DNA from: Marinicella sp. | Lineage (GTDB): Bacteria; Pseudomonadota; Gammaproteobacteria; Xanthomonadales; Marinicellaceae | Direction of reading: 5' to 3' | Assembly: GCA_965230295.1 (NCBI GenBank) | Contig: OZ246001.1 | Span: 3,360,001 to 3,424,000, forward strand | Length of the DNA stretch: 64,000 nucleotides | Part shown: positions 29,245-38,353 of the stretch, in pieces | Layout of the letters: the number at the start of each line of letters is the position of its first letter | Position numbering within the stretch: the first letter of the stretch is position 1 | Translations under genes and position numbers: made by a program | Notes under the pieces: generated by a model | Database searches by the model: none | Seen by the model: the letters and a program-made list of their open reading frames with translations, nothing else | What the model was told of the DNA's origin: nothing

Positions 29245-30015
29245 TTACTTAGGTTCTAAGCGCACCGCACCGTCTAAACGGATGGTTGAACCATTGAGGT
29301 AGGTGTTTTCAATGATGTGCTCTGCCATTCTGGCAAACTCTTCAGGGGCACCTAAACGTGAAGGGAAAGGCACAGATGCACCCAATGCGGCTTTGATGTC
29401 ATCCGGTAAGCCAGCCACCATCGGAGTTAAAAATACGCCAGGGGCAATGGTCATGACGCGGATACCAAAACGCGTTAACTCACGAGCCATAGGTAAAGTC
29501 ATGCCCACAATACCACCTTTACTGGCAGAATAAGCTGCTTGTCCGATCTGACCTTCATAGGCTGCTACCGAGGCCGTATTGATGATCACACCACGTTGAC
29601 CATCTTCATCGGCCTCGTTGTGTTGCATCAAATTGGCTGCTGCTTTTGACAAGTTAAAGCTACCAACTAAGTTGACTTGTATTGCGCTGTTGAAATGGGC
29701 CAATGGCATGGGTTCTTCGCGACCCAAAACGCGGCCTCCAGCCAGTACGCCCGCACAGTTGATGGCCACATTGATGGAGCCAGCAAATGCCTTGGCTGCT
29801 TCACATGCGTTTTGTATATCAGTTTCAGAACTGACATCCGCTTTAAAGAAAGATGCTTGATCCTTGCCCAGTTTTTCAATGGCCGCATCACCAGCTTGCT
29901 GATTAATGTCTATCAGTGTGACTTGACCGCCGTTCTCAACGATGTGTTGAGCGCAGGCAAAACCAAGTCCAGATGCACCACCAGAAATGATGGCTTTGGT
30001 TTGTTTTAAGTTCAT
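29245..30015 (-). CDS. SDR, 3-hydroxyacyl-CoA dehydrogenase type 2 (HSD10-like)
   Basis: GGASGLG, NCAG, NTASVAAYEGQIGQAAYSASKGG, PFPSRLG, LDGA. Confidence 0.92.
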   Translation of the reverse strand: MNLKQTKAIISGGASGLGFACAQHIVENGGQVTLIDINQQAGDAAIEKLGKDQASFFKADVSSETDIQNACEAAKAFAGSINVAINCAGVLAGGRVLGREEPMPLAHFNSAIQVNLVGSFNLSKAAANLMQHNEADEDGQRGVIINTASVAAYEGQIGQAAYSASKGGIVGMTLPMARELTRFGIRVMTIAPGVFLTPMVAGLPDDIKAALGASVPFPSRLGAPEEFARMAEHIIENTYLNGSTIRLDGAVRLEPK

Positions 30016-30055
30016 GTTATTACTCTCAAAATCACACTTCCAACGCTGTGGTTGT

Positions 30056-31075
30056 TCAGTGTTCTTGTTTCAGTGGATGCATCAGATAACACAAACAGTC
30101 TAATCTGATGGCTTTGATGCTTTGGGTAATCATGGCTGGCACCACCTTTTGCTTGATGCGCACTTCATCACCATGTTGCTCGAAGTAGTGGTCAGTGATG
30201 TCGTGACCAATTTGATCGGTGACCGCAAAAGGCATGGGTAAATCCGATTTTGTGGTGCGACCGAATACTGTGCCGGCTTCAATCAAATGAAAATTTAAAT
30301 AATCCAGGTCGTCATTGATTAAGAAATCAACGGTTTCATTCTCATCGCCATCAATACCGATACTGATTTCAGGTTTTACTTTTACAGTAGAGAAAATATT
30401 CAGTACTTGTTGGTGTTCTGCCACACCTGGGATTCGTTTCAAAGTTGACAAGTGAATCAAGTTTTCCAGAAAGGTTAAAGTTTGTTCGATGCCATCTGCG
30501 GTACCTGACATGCCGCATTCAATGGTCACAGAAGGGCAAAAAGGTGCAAAAGCACCTGATTGGATGCCATCAGGGCTGGTGAAATGAATGATGGTTTCTG
30601 AGAATAATGAGGCGAGGTTTACAAATTCGCCATTCAGGGAATTGATCCCTGCATAGTGGGGGTTCCTGCCAGAATTGTTATGTATATCAATACTGGCAAA
30701 AGGTTTAATCTTTGCCATCATGTTGGTGATGTATGCCAATTTCTTGGCCACCTCATGGTTTTGTTTGTGTAAACCTGGCCAGCAGCGATTAAAGTCAGGT
30801 TGATTGGCCAATTGTCTGGTGTTCAATGCAGCAGCTTTCACATTGCCAAACAACAGGTATATGCTGCGTGGTAAATTTTTTTCATGGTTGGCAATCAAAG
30901 CTTTGATGGCATCCCAGCCGGTGACTTCATCGCCGTGTTGTAATATGGAAACAAACAAAGGCCTTTCAATTTTGCCTTTCAGGTGTACCAAGGTGTGGTC
31001 CTCAACAAATTCATGCAAGCGACTGGCGTCTACTTCCAGGATTCCTGCAGGTAATTGGTCAAGAATTTTTATCAT
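30056..31075 (-). CDS. M14 / succinylglutamate desuccinylase-aspartoacylase family Zn hydrolase (start probably 31075)
   Basis: QHGDE (HxxE), DFNRCW, DIHNN, TIECG. Confidence 0.82.
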   Translation of the reverse strand: MIKILDQLPAGILEVDASRLHEFVEDHTLVHLKGKIERPLFVSILQHGDEVTGWDAIKALIANHEKNLPRSIYLLFGNVKAAALNTRQLANQPDFNRCWPGLHKQNHEVAKKLAYITNMMAKIKPFASIDIHNNSGRNPHYAGINSLNGEFVNLASLFSETIIHFTSPDGIQSGAFAPFCPSVTIECGMSGTADGIEQTLTFLENLIHLSTLKRIPGVAEHQQVLNIFSTVKVKPEISIGIDGDENETVDFLINDDLDYLNFHLIEAGTVFGRTTKSDLPMPFAVTDQIGHDITDHYFEQHGDEVRIKQKVVPAMITQSIKAIRLDCLCYLMHPLKQEH

Positions 31076-31458
31076 CGGGTTTTCAGTATTTTTTGGAACT
31101 TTTCTTTGGGTTTTTATTCTGATAATCGCATGTGCAAATACTCCAGCCAAACTATGTTCTGGGACACATGTAATAACAGCAAGCGATGATATTAAAGACC
31201 TGCGTACAAGTCAATGATTATTCACTTTGTGATGATTTATTGAATGATTTCTTAACAGTTATTAACAAGCTTTGAAGGGTTCCTTAAAATTGATCAAATT
31301 TTGGCTTGAAAATTAAAACAAATAACACTAAGTTTGCACAGGCTAAAAAATTCATCGTGTCGATGAAAATAACCCCATAGGGTGGGTACGAGATCTGGTT
31401 TTGATACCCAATCGACACATGGAAATTTTAATTTATTGAGAACAACAGAAGGAATGAC

Positions 31459-32400
31459 ATGATTGAATGTTTGAATTTAAGTAAAAAGTTTGGCCAGTTT
31501 ACCGCAGTCAATGACTTAACATTTACTGCCAACCAAGGTCAGGTACTTGGGTTTTTAGGGCCCAATGGTGCGGGTAAATCCACCACCATGAAAATGATCA
31601 CAGGTTTTTTGGAACCCACCGCTGGTGACATCAAAGTCTGCGGCATTGATATTTCTGAGAACCCGGTTGCTGTGAAACGCAAAATTGGCTACTTACCTGA
31701 AGGTGCGCCCAGTTATGGCGAAATGGAAGTGGGTCAATTTTTGAATTTCATTGCGGCCTTACGTGGTCTGGATGCCAACATGATAAAACCAGCAGTAGAA
31801 TCAGTGATTTCCAGGGTCAATCTAGAAAAAGTCTACTTTCAAAGGATTGAAACCCTTTCTAAAGGTTTTAAAAGACGGGTTGGTTTGGCACAAGCCATCA
31901 TTCATGACCCGGAAGTGCTGATTATGGACGAGCCAACAGATGGACTTGATCCGAACCAGAAGCACCAGGTCAGAGAATTGATTACAGACATGTCAAAGGA
32001 CAAAACCATCATCTTGTCTACCCATATCCTGGAAGAGGTGCATGCAGTTTGTGATCGTGCTTTGGTCATCGCTGGCGGTGTCTTGGTTGCAGATAACACA
32101 CCAGCTGAAATGGAAAACATGTCCAGATACCATCATGCAGTGAGCTTCGTTTCCGACTTGGATACTGATTTATTGAATAAAATCAAAAATATGGATTGTG
32201 TACTTGATGTAAATTATGATTCAAGGTTAAAGGAAACCACCGTGTTTCCAACACAAGGTTTGTTTATCTTCGATGAAATCAGTGAATTTTTAAGAAAAGA
32301 ATCCATCCAGGTTAAAAGTCTGAAAATGGAAGCCGGTCGGTTGGATGAGGTATTTCGTAACATCACCCAAAATGTCGGTGAAAGGGAGGTGGTGAAATGA
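31459..32400 (+). CDS. ABC transporter ATP-binding protein (GldA-like)
   Basis: GPNGAGKST, LSKGFKRRVG, ILIMDEPT-type Walker B, STH. Confidence 0.92.
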   Translation: MIECLNLSKKFGQFTAVNDLTFTANQGQVLGFLGPNGAGKSTTMKMITGFLEPTAGDIKVCGIDISENPVAVKRKIGYLPEGAPSYGEMEVGQFLNFIAALRGLDANMIKPAVESVISRVNLEKVYFQRIETLSKGFKRRVGLAQAIIHDPEVLIMDEPTDGLDPNQKHQVRELITDMSKDKTIILSTHILEEVHAVCDRALVIAGGVLVADNTPAEMENMSRYHHAVSFVSDLDTDLLNKIKNMDCVLDVNYDSRLKETTVFPTQGLFIFDEISEFLRKESIQVKSLKMEAGRLDEVFRNITQNVGEREVVK

Positions 32401-33131
32401 GTCCTATAAGAACCATTGTTAAAAGAGAGTTACAGAGCTATTTCGCGACGCCTATTGCTTATGTCTTTATTGTGATATTTTTGATCATGAGTGGGGTGTT
32501 TGGCTTTTATTTTGGTAATTTATATGAAAGGGGTCAGGCTGACCTCATTCCATTTTTCAACTTCCATCCCTGGTTGTATTTATTTTTGGTGCCTGCAGTG
32601 GCTATGCGATTGTGGTCTGAAGAACGTAACAGTGGCAACATTGAATTGTTGATGACTCTACCTGTTAATAAAATGGATTGGGTTGTTGGAAAATTTTTGG
32701 CCGCGTGGTTGTTCATAGGTCTGGCACTGTTGCTGACGTTCCCTATGGTTGTTTCCATCAATTATTTAGGTAACCCAGACAATGGGTTGATTGTGGCCAG
32801 TTATTTTGGCAGTTTCTTACTGGCTGGTGGATTTTTGGCCATTGGCAGTTGTCTGTCAGCAGCCACAAAAAACCAGGTGATAGCATTCATCTTGACAGTG
32901 GTGATTTGCTTTTTGTTCCTGCTTTCCGGGTTTCCCATGGTGCTGAACTTCTGCAAACTGTTTTTACCACAAGTGATGGTTGACGCCATTGCCTCAACCA
33001 GCTTTCTGACCCATTTCGACTCAATCACCAAAGGTGTTTTGGATTTAGGGGATTTATGTTATTTCGGCATTGTTATTGGTTTGTGGTTGTACGCCACAGC
33101 GTTAGTTATTGATATGAAAAAGGCAGATTAA
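32397..33131 (+). CDS. ABC-2 permease (GldF-like)
   Basis: RELQSYFATPIAY, MRLWSEERNSGNIELLMTLP, GKFLA, TKNQVIAF. Confidence 0.9.
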   Translation: MSPIRTIVKRELQSYFATPIAYVFIVIFLIMSGVFGFYFGNLYERGQADLIPFFNFHPWLYLFLVPAVAMRLWSEERNSGNIELLMTLPVNKMDWVVGKFLAAWLFIGLALLLTFPMVVSINYLGNPDNGLIVASYFGSFLLAGGFLAIGSCLSAATKNQVIAFILTVVICFLFLLSGFPMVLNFCKLFLPQVMVDAIASTSFLTHFDSITKGVLDLGDLCYFGIVIGLWLYATALVIDMKKAD

Positions 33132-33133
33132 TC

Positions 33134-34981
33134 ATGCAAAAACAAGCACATAAAACACAATTATTTATGATGGCCGCCATATTCTTGTTGGCTGCCGTTG
33201 TCATCAGCCAAAGTGGTTTGTTCTCTAGGCTGCGAGTCGATTTGACGGAAAACAACTTATTCACTTTGAACGACGGAACCATCAATATATTGAAGGATAT
33301 TGATGAAAACATCCATTTGCGGTTGTTTTATTCTGATCAAGCCACTGAAAACATTCCAATGCTGAGGACATATCACCGCCGGGTGGTTGATTTCCTTCAG
33401 GAACTGGAACGTTATGGTTCCGGGAAATTGACTGTTACCATGATCGATCCAGTGACTTTTTCAGAAGAAGAGGACCAGGCATCACAATATGGCTTGCAAG
33501 CCTTACCTGTTGGGGAGGGTGGTGAAAATGTCTTTTTTGGCATTGCTGGAACCAACGCCATCGATGCCGTTGAAGTCATCCCGTTCCTGCAACCAGATCG
33601 TGAGGCCTTTCTTGAATATGATTTGGCCCAATTGATTTACAACTTGAATAACCCAGCCAAACGCACAGTGGGTGTTATGAGCGACTTGTCGTTGTTAGGA
33701 AGTTTCGATCCACAAACCGGTCAAATTCCAGGGCAAATCATATTTGAGCAGTTGAAAGAAATGTACAATGTGGTTCCTGTGGCTACGGATACCTCAAGCA
33801 TCGGTGATGTCGACTTGTTGTTGGTGGTTCATCCAAAAAACCTGACTGAATCCACACTGTTTGCCATTGATCAATTTGTCATGAATGGCGGCAGACTGAT
33901 GGTCTTTGTTGACCCCATGGCCCAATCAGAAGAAGTGCCTGCAGATCCTCAGAACCCAATGGCCCAACTCCAGGCTGATCGATCATCTGGTTTGGCCGTA
34001 CTGTTTCATGCTTGGGGTGTTGGGTTTGATAAAACCAAGGTGTTGTTAGACAACCAGCACGCCGTATCAATTCAAGCAGCTCAAGGACAAACCATCAGAC
34101 ATTTGGGAATCAATTCGTGGACTCAAAATAACATGAATCAAGATGACATTGTGACTTCTGACCTGTCTTCGCTCAACACGGCGTTGGCCGGGACATTGAC
34201 CAGCAGCACTGATAATTTGTTGCCGATTTTAACCACTTCAGAACAAACCATGTTAACCAGCAATGATGCGATGTCATTGTTGTATAACCCCAATGTTTTG
34301 TTCCAAAACTTCCAGCCAGAAGATCAATCTCATGTCATTGTAGCCAGGATCAAAGGTGCATTGAACAGTGCTTTCCCAAGCGGAATCGAAGGGCAAACAG
34401 AAGTTTTGTCACAAGTTGAGCAACCACAAGTGGTGATATTTGCCGATGTTGATGTTTTGTTTGACCGCATGTGGGTGCGGGCACAAAACTTTTTTGGCAG
34501 GCAGATTTACTCGAATTTCGCTGACAACGGGTCATTAATCAATAACTTGATTGACAACATGACCGGCAGTGCTGATTTGATTCAAGTGCGGGCCAGGGGA
34601 ACTTCAAACAGACCTTTTGATAAAGTACAAGAGATCAAACGGGTCAGTGAGCAAAAATACCGAGAAACTGAAAGCCAACTGCTGCAGCAGCTTCGTGAGA
34701 CAGAAAATAAATTGAATGAATTGCAACGCATCAAAGGTCAAGAAAACCAATTGATCATCAGCCAGGAGCAACAACAGGAAATCAACCGCTTTAAGCAACG
34801 AAAACTTGAAGTGCGAAAAAGCCTCAGAGAAGTCAAACGTAATCTGAACAAAGACATTGAAGCATTGGGCACTCAATTGAAGTTCATTAACATCGCATTG
34901 GTGCCCATATTACTCACGGCATTGATTGTCTTTTTATCTTGGAGAAAATCAAAACGTAAGGAGCGTCAGTATGTTAAGTAA
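33134..34981 (+). CDS. GldG-like ABC auxiliary component
   Basis: RVDLTENNLFTL, LEYDL, IDQFVMNGG, large periplasmic domain, coiled coil, C-terminal TM. Confidence 0.87.
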   Translation: MQKQAHKTQLFMMAAIFLLAAVVISQSGLFSRLRVDLTENNLFTLNDGTINILKDIDENIHLRLFYSDQATENIPMLRTYHRRVVDFLQELERYGSGKLTVTMIDPVTFSEEEDQASQYGLQALPVGEGGENVFFGIAGTNAIDAVEVIPFLQPDREAFLEYDLAQLIYNLNNPAKRTVGVMSDLSLLGSFDPQTGQIPGQIIFEQLKEMYNVVPVATDTSSIGDVDLLLVVHPKNLTESTLFAIDQFVMNGGRLMVFVDPMAQSEEVPADPQNPMAQLQADRSSGLAVLFHAWGVGFDKTKVLLDNQHAVSIQAAQGQTIRHLGINSWTQNNMNQDDIVTSDLSSLNTALAGTLTSSTDNLLPILTTSEQTMLTSNDAMSLLYNPNVLFQNFQPEDQSHVIVARIKGALNSAFPSGIEGQTEVLSQVEQPQVVIFADVDVLFDRMWVRAQNFFGRQIYSNFADNGSLINNLIDNMTGSADLIQVRARGTSNRPFDKVQEIKRVSEQKYRETESQLLQQLRETENKLNELQRIKGQENQLIISQEQQQEINRFKQRKLEVRKSLREVKRNLNKDIEALGTQLKFINIALVPILLTALIVFLSWRKSKRKERQYVK

Positions 34982-35942
34982 CATGAAAGTACTGCTTGTT
35001 TTACTGGTAGTCATCGCTGGTTTGGCATTTTGGGTTTTAAAAGACAATCAAGAGCCCAATGAAAATCAGCCACTGATTCCAGAGTGGCAAGGCAAAAGTG
35101 ATGCAATGGCAAAAGTCAATCGGGTTGTCATCAGTCAAGCAGGAGAGCAAATTGAATTGCAACAATCGGGGAATCGATGGGTACTCAATGGAGGTTTTTA
35201 TGCTTCCATAGATCCATTGTTCAGCCTGCTTCAATCATTCAAAAATGCTGAAATTGTGGAGGCCAAAACTGCCAACCCTGATAACCATGCCCAGATCGAA
35301 CTGTCAGATGATGATTTGAAAGTTGAGTTTTTCAGTGACCAGGGATCTGATGCCTTTCATGTGGGTAAGAAAACGGCGTCAGGCCTGACATTTCTACGCC
35401 TCGAAGGTGAGGATCAGACTTATACAGTTAAAGCACTTGATGCCATTGTTTTCAATCAAGATAACTGGCAATTAAAAACGGTATTGGATATAAGTGACGA
35501 GCAAATTCAATCCATTCTGATAAGCACAGCTGAAGGCAGTGAAGTTGATGTCAGTAGAAACTCCGAAGATGGAAATTTTGAGATCAACAATTTAGCAGAA
35601 GGATTTCAACTAAAGGCTGATGCATCATTGAATCAATTGGCCAATGGCTTATCGAGGTTAATGATTGATGCGGCTGTGCCATTAGATGTGGTGGAAGAAG
35701 AACTGAAAGTCGATGCCAAATATCAATTGGTCAATGGTCAGGAAATCATCATCAAGGTACACCAAAAAGAAGATGGGCATTTCTTGGTCATTGAATCTGA
35801 CCAATATCCGGAGTATGCAGCATGGATGATGAAAATTGCTGACTATAAATTCAATGCATTTAACCGCAGTCTTTCTGAATTCATAGAACCTGTAGATGCT
35901 TCACCAATTGATGAAAAATCTGAGGACGCTTCTATTGAATAA
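34971..35942 (+). CDS. DUF4340-like membrane-anchored periplasmic protein (start 34971)
   Basis: N-terminal TM; usual fourth gene of GldAFG-like operons; W and VGK motifs. Confidence 0.7.
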   Translation: MLSNMKVLLVLLVVIAGLAFWVLKDNQEPNENQPLIPEWQGKSDAMAKVNRVVISQAGEQIELQQSGNRWVLNGGFYASIDPLFSLLQSFKNAEIVEAKTANPDNHAQIELSDDDLKVEFFSDQGSDAFHVGKKTASGLTFLRLEGEDQTYTVKALDAIVFNQDNWQLKTVLDISDEQIQSILISTAEGSEVDVSRNSEDGNFEINNLAEGFQLKADASLNQLANGLSRLMIDAAVPLDVVEEELKVDAKYQLVNGQEIIIKVHQKEDGHFLVIESDQYPEYAAWMMKIADYKFNAFNRSLSEFIEPVDASPIDEKSEDASIE

Positions 35943-36318
35943 AAAGGCATTTTACTTGGTGGTGGCAGCTGTTTATGGACTGACAGCTGTTGCCATGGGT
36001 GCTATGGGTTCTCATGTGTTTGGTTTGCAGCATGGTACCGAACAATACACTTTATTTCAAACGGCTTTTCTCTATCAGATCATTCATGCATTGTTGTTGA
36101 TCTGGATTGTTTCTCAATTGGATGAAGGACCTTGGGTCAGGTATGCAGCAGCAGCTGTTTCATTGGGCGTACTGCTGTTTTGTGGCGGTCTATATGTGCT
36201 GGTTTTTTATGGTAAATCCACACTCTCTTTTTTGACACCAGTGGGTGGCAGTTTAATTATTTTGGCTTGGCTTAATTTGGTCATCCATGGATTTTTGAAG
36301 TTCAAAGACCGGCCTTAA
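35935..36318 (+). CDS. DUF423 (YgdD/TMEM256) membrane protein (TTG start 35935)
   Basis: AVAMGAMGSH, YQIIHAL, GVLLFCGGLY, TPVGG; RBS GAGGA at 35922. Confidence 0.85.
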   Translation: MNKKAFYLVVAAVYGLTAVAMGAMGSHVFGLQHGTEQYTLFQTAFLYQIIHALLLIWIVSQLDEGPWVRYAAAAVSLGVLLFCGGLYVLVFYGKSTLSFLTPVGGSLIILAWLNLVIHGFLKFKDRP

Positions 36319-36516
36319 TTCAGTCAAAATGATTGAATTGGTGCGGTCATACGGCTTGATTACCTGATTATACATAACTGTAGTATTATCATTAAAAAAT
36401 TGTTATTTCTGATTGGTTGGCATTCAGAATAGTCAATAATTTGCCAACAATGTCACAAACAGAGCCTTATTATCAGATAAAATTAATTGGATACTCACTT
36501 TAATTTTAGGAACTCG

Positions 36517-38340
36517 ATGAAAAAGAATATAGCAAGAAGACGGCTCCTGGCCGGTACTGCAGCGTCTGCATTGCTGGCTGCATTACCTTCATCAGGCCTG
36601 GTGATCAATGGTGTCAAACGTACATCAACTCCAAGGCCTAATAAAATAGCATCAGCCATCAAAGCTGCTAGTTTACCTCAGCAGCGTTTTTCACATATGG
36701 TTTATAGCAGGCTTGGGTATGGTATCACGCCAGGCGTGTTTGACCATGTTAGGTGGCTTGCTTTGGGTTCTGATGACACCCAGCGTTTATCAAATTTTGT
36801 GTCGCAACAACTGGCTGGTGGGGTCGATGGACCGTTAGATACCCGTATCAATCAGGCTGGTAACTATGCGACTTTGAATAAAAGTTTAACATTGATGTGG
36901 AACCACCACCACGTGAATCCTGGTTCAGGATTGCGCAGCTCATCCCGACCCAGGTATGAAATGCAGCGGTTAAAATTTCTTCGTGCGACCTATTCAATAT
37001 TTCCATTGAGAGAACGAATAGCAGATTTTTGGCACAACCATTTCAGTCTCAATGGTGACAGTTTTTATGCGAGATCAACCTTGACCAGTTGGGATCGTGA
37101 TGTGATCAGAACTCACATGTTAGGAAACTTCCAAAACTTCTTGTTGGCAACTTCCAGGCATCCTGCGATGTTGTATTATTTAGATAACTATAACAACTCT
37201 GTAACAGAGCCCAATGAAAATTATGCCCGTGAATTATTTGAATTACATACCTTAGGTGCTGAGAATTATTATGGGTTGGCCGATCAAAACACCGTACCGA
37301 CGATTCAAGTTCCTGAACGCGGCGGTCCTTGGTCTACTGATGGCATCATACAGGAGTTTTATGTAGACAATGATGTTTACGAGGCGACACGATGTTTGAC
37401 TGGATGGCGTGTTAATGACTCAAGTAGCACAGGCGATAATGGCTTGTTTTTGTATGATGATGATCGACATGATCGTTTTCAAAAATCTGTACTCTACAGT
37501 GGACAGACCAACATACCAGCCAATCAAGGTGTGGATGATGGCTTAGATGTGATCAAATTGCTGGCCAGACATCCAGGCACCGCCAAGCACATAGCTGGAA
37601 AATTGGCTCGTTTCTTCATCTCTGATGATCCGCCACAGTCAGTTATTGATGATGTGGCTGATGTGTTCTATCAGAACAGGAATGCCAATGATCAATTGCA
37701 TCAAGTGTTTACTGCCTTGTTCAATCACCCGGAATTTGCCAACCCAGCCAATTGGCAATCAAAATTAAAGCGCCCATTTGATACCGTGGTTTCTGCCATG
37801 CGCGCGTTGCAAACCAATTTCACCATTAAACCAGATGAAGACAACAGCAATAATCTAGAGTGGAGAATGGATGATACAGGGCATTATCCTTTTGAATGGC
37901 AGCCACCTGATGGTTATCCCGTTCAGTCTAGTTATTGGATGAGTTCAACTGCATTGATTCAAACTTGGAAGACAGTGGATTGGCTGATTGACAGAAATTA
38001 CAATTCTGGCACTTATCTCTCACCTGTCAGGCAACAAACAGTGACTTATTTCACAGCGAATCCAGGAACCATGACACCAGAAAACTTACTGTCGTGGTGG
38101 ATGACTAAAATATTCAACTTGGCGCCGGCTGGTGGTTGGGTAGGAGATCCCGTGTTTGAAGACATTCTTGAGTTCCTCACCCAAAGACCGCCTGACAACC
38201 TCAGTTTCCCCAGTTGGCCAAGAGGTAAAGCAGTGATCGTCTCAGACTTAACTGACAACACATGGCCATACCGTTGGCATGAACGCTTGCGCGGAACGGT
38301 GAGTTTGATTTTGGCCTCGCCTTACTTTATGCAACGATAA
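36517..38340 (+). CDS. DUF1800 family protein with Tat signal (start 36517)
   Basis: ARRRLL twin-arginine leader; FWHNHF, PAMLYYLDN, NENYARELFELHTLG, LTGW. Confidence 0.88.
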   Translation: MKKNIARRRLLAGTAASALLAALPSSGLVINGVKRTSTPRPNKIASAIKAASLPQQRFSHMVYSRLGYGITPGVFDHVRWLALGSDDTQRLSNFVSQQLAGGVDGPLDTRINQAGNYATLNKSLTLMWNHHHVNPGSGLRSSSRPRYEMQRLKFLRATYSIFPLRERIADFWHNHFSLNGDSFYARSTLTSWDRDVIRTHMLGNFQNFLLATSRHPAMLYYLDNYNNSVTEPNENYARELFELHTLGAENYYGLADQNTVPTIQVPERGGPWSTDGIIQEFYVDNDVYEATRCLTGWRVNDSSSTGDNGLFLYDDDRHDRFQKSVLYSGQTNIPANQGVDDGLDVIKLLARHPGTAKHIAGKLARFFISDDPPQSVIDDVADVFYQNRNANDQLHQVFTALFNHPEFANPANWQSKLKRPFDTVVSAMRALQTNFTIKPDEDNSNNLEWRMDDTGHYPFEWQPPDGYPVQSSYWMSSTALIQTWKTVDWLIDRNYNSGTYLSPVRQQTVTYFTANPGTMTPENLLSWWMTKIFNLAPAGGWVGDPVFEDILEFLTQRPPDNLSFPSWPRGKAVIVSDLTDNTWPYRWHERLRGTVSLILASPYFMQR

Positions 38341-38353
38341 CGGGAGCAATGAT

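Noticed and set aside
29066-29302. 78-aa plus-strand ORF between cysJ and the SDR gene
   Set aside because: No RBS or recognisable motif; overlaps the SDR 3' end and the cysJ regulatory region
31210-31228. Partial Fur-box-like AATGATTATTCA
   Set aside because: Only about half of the 19-bp consensus matches and no iron-related gene is adjacent
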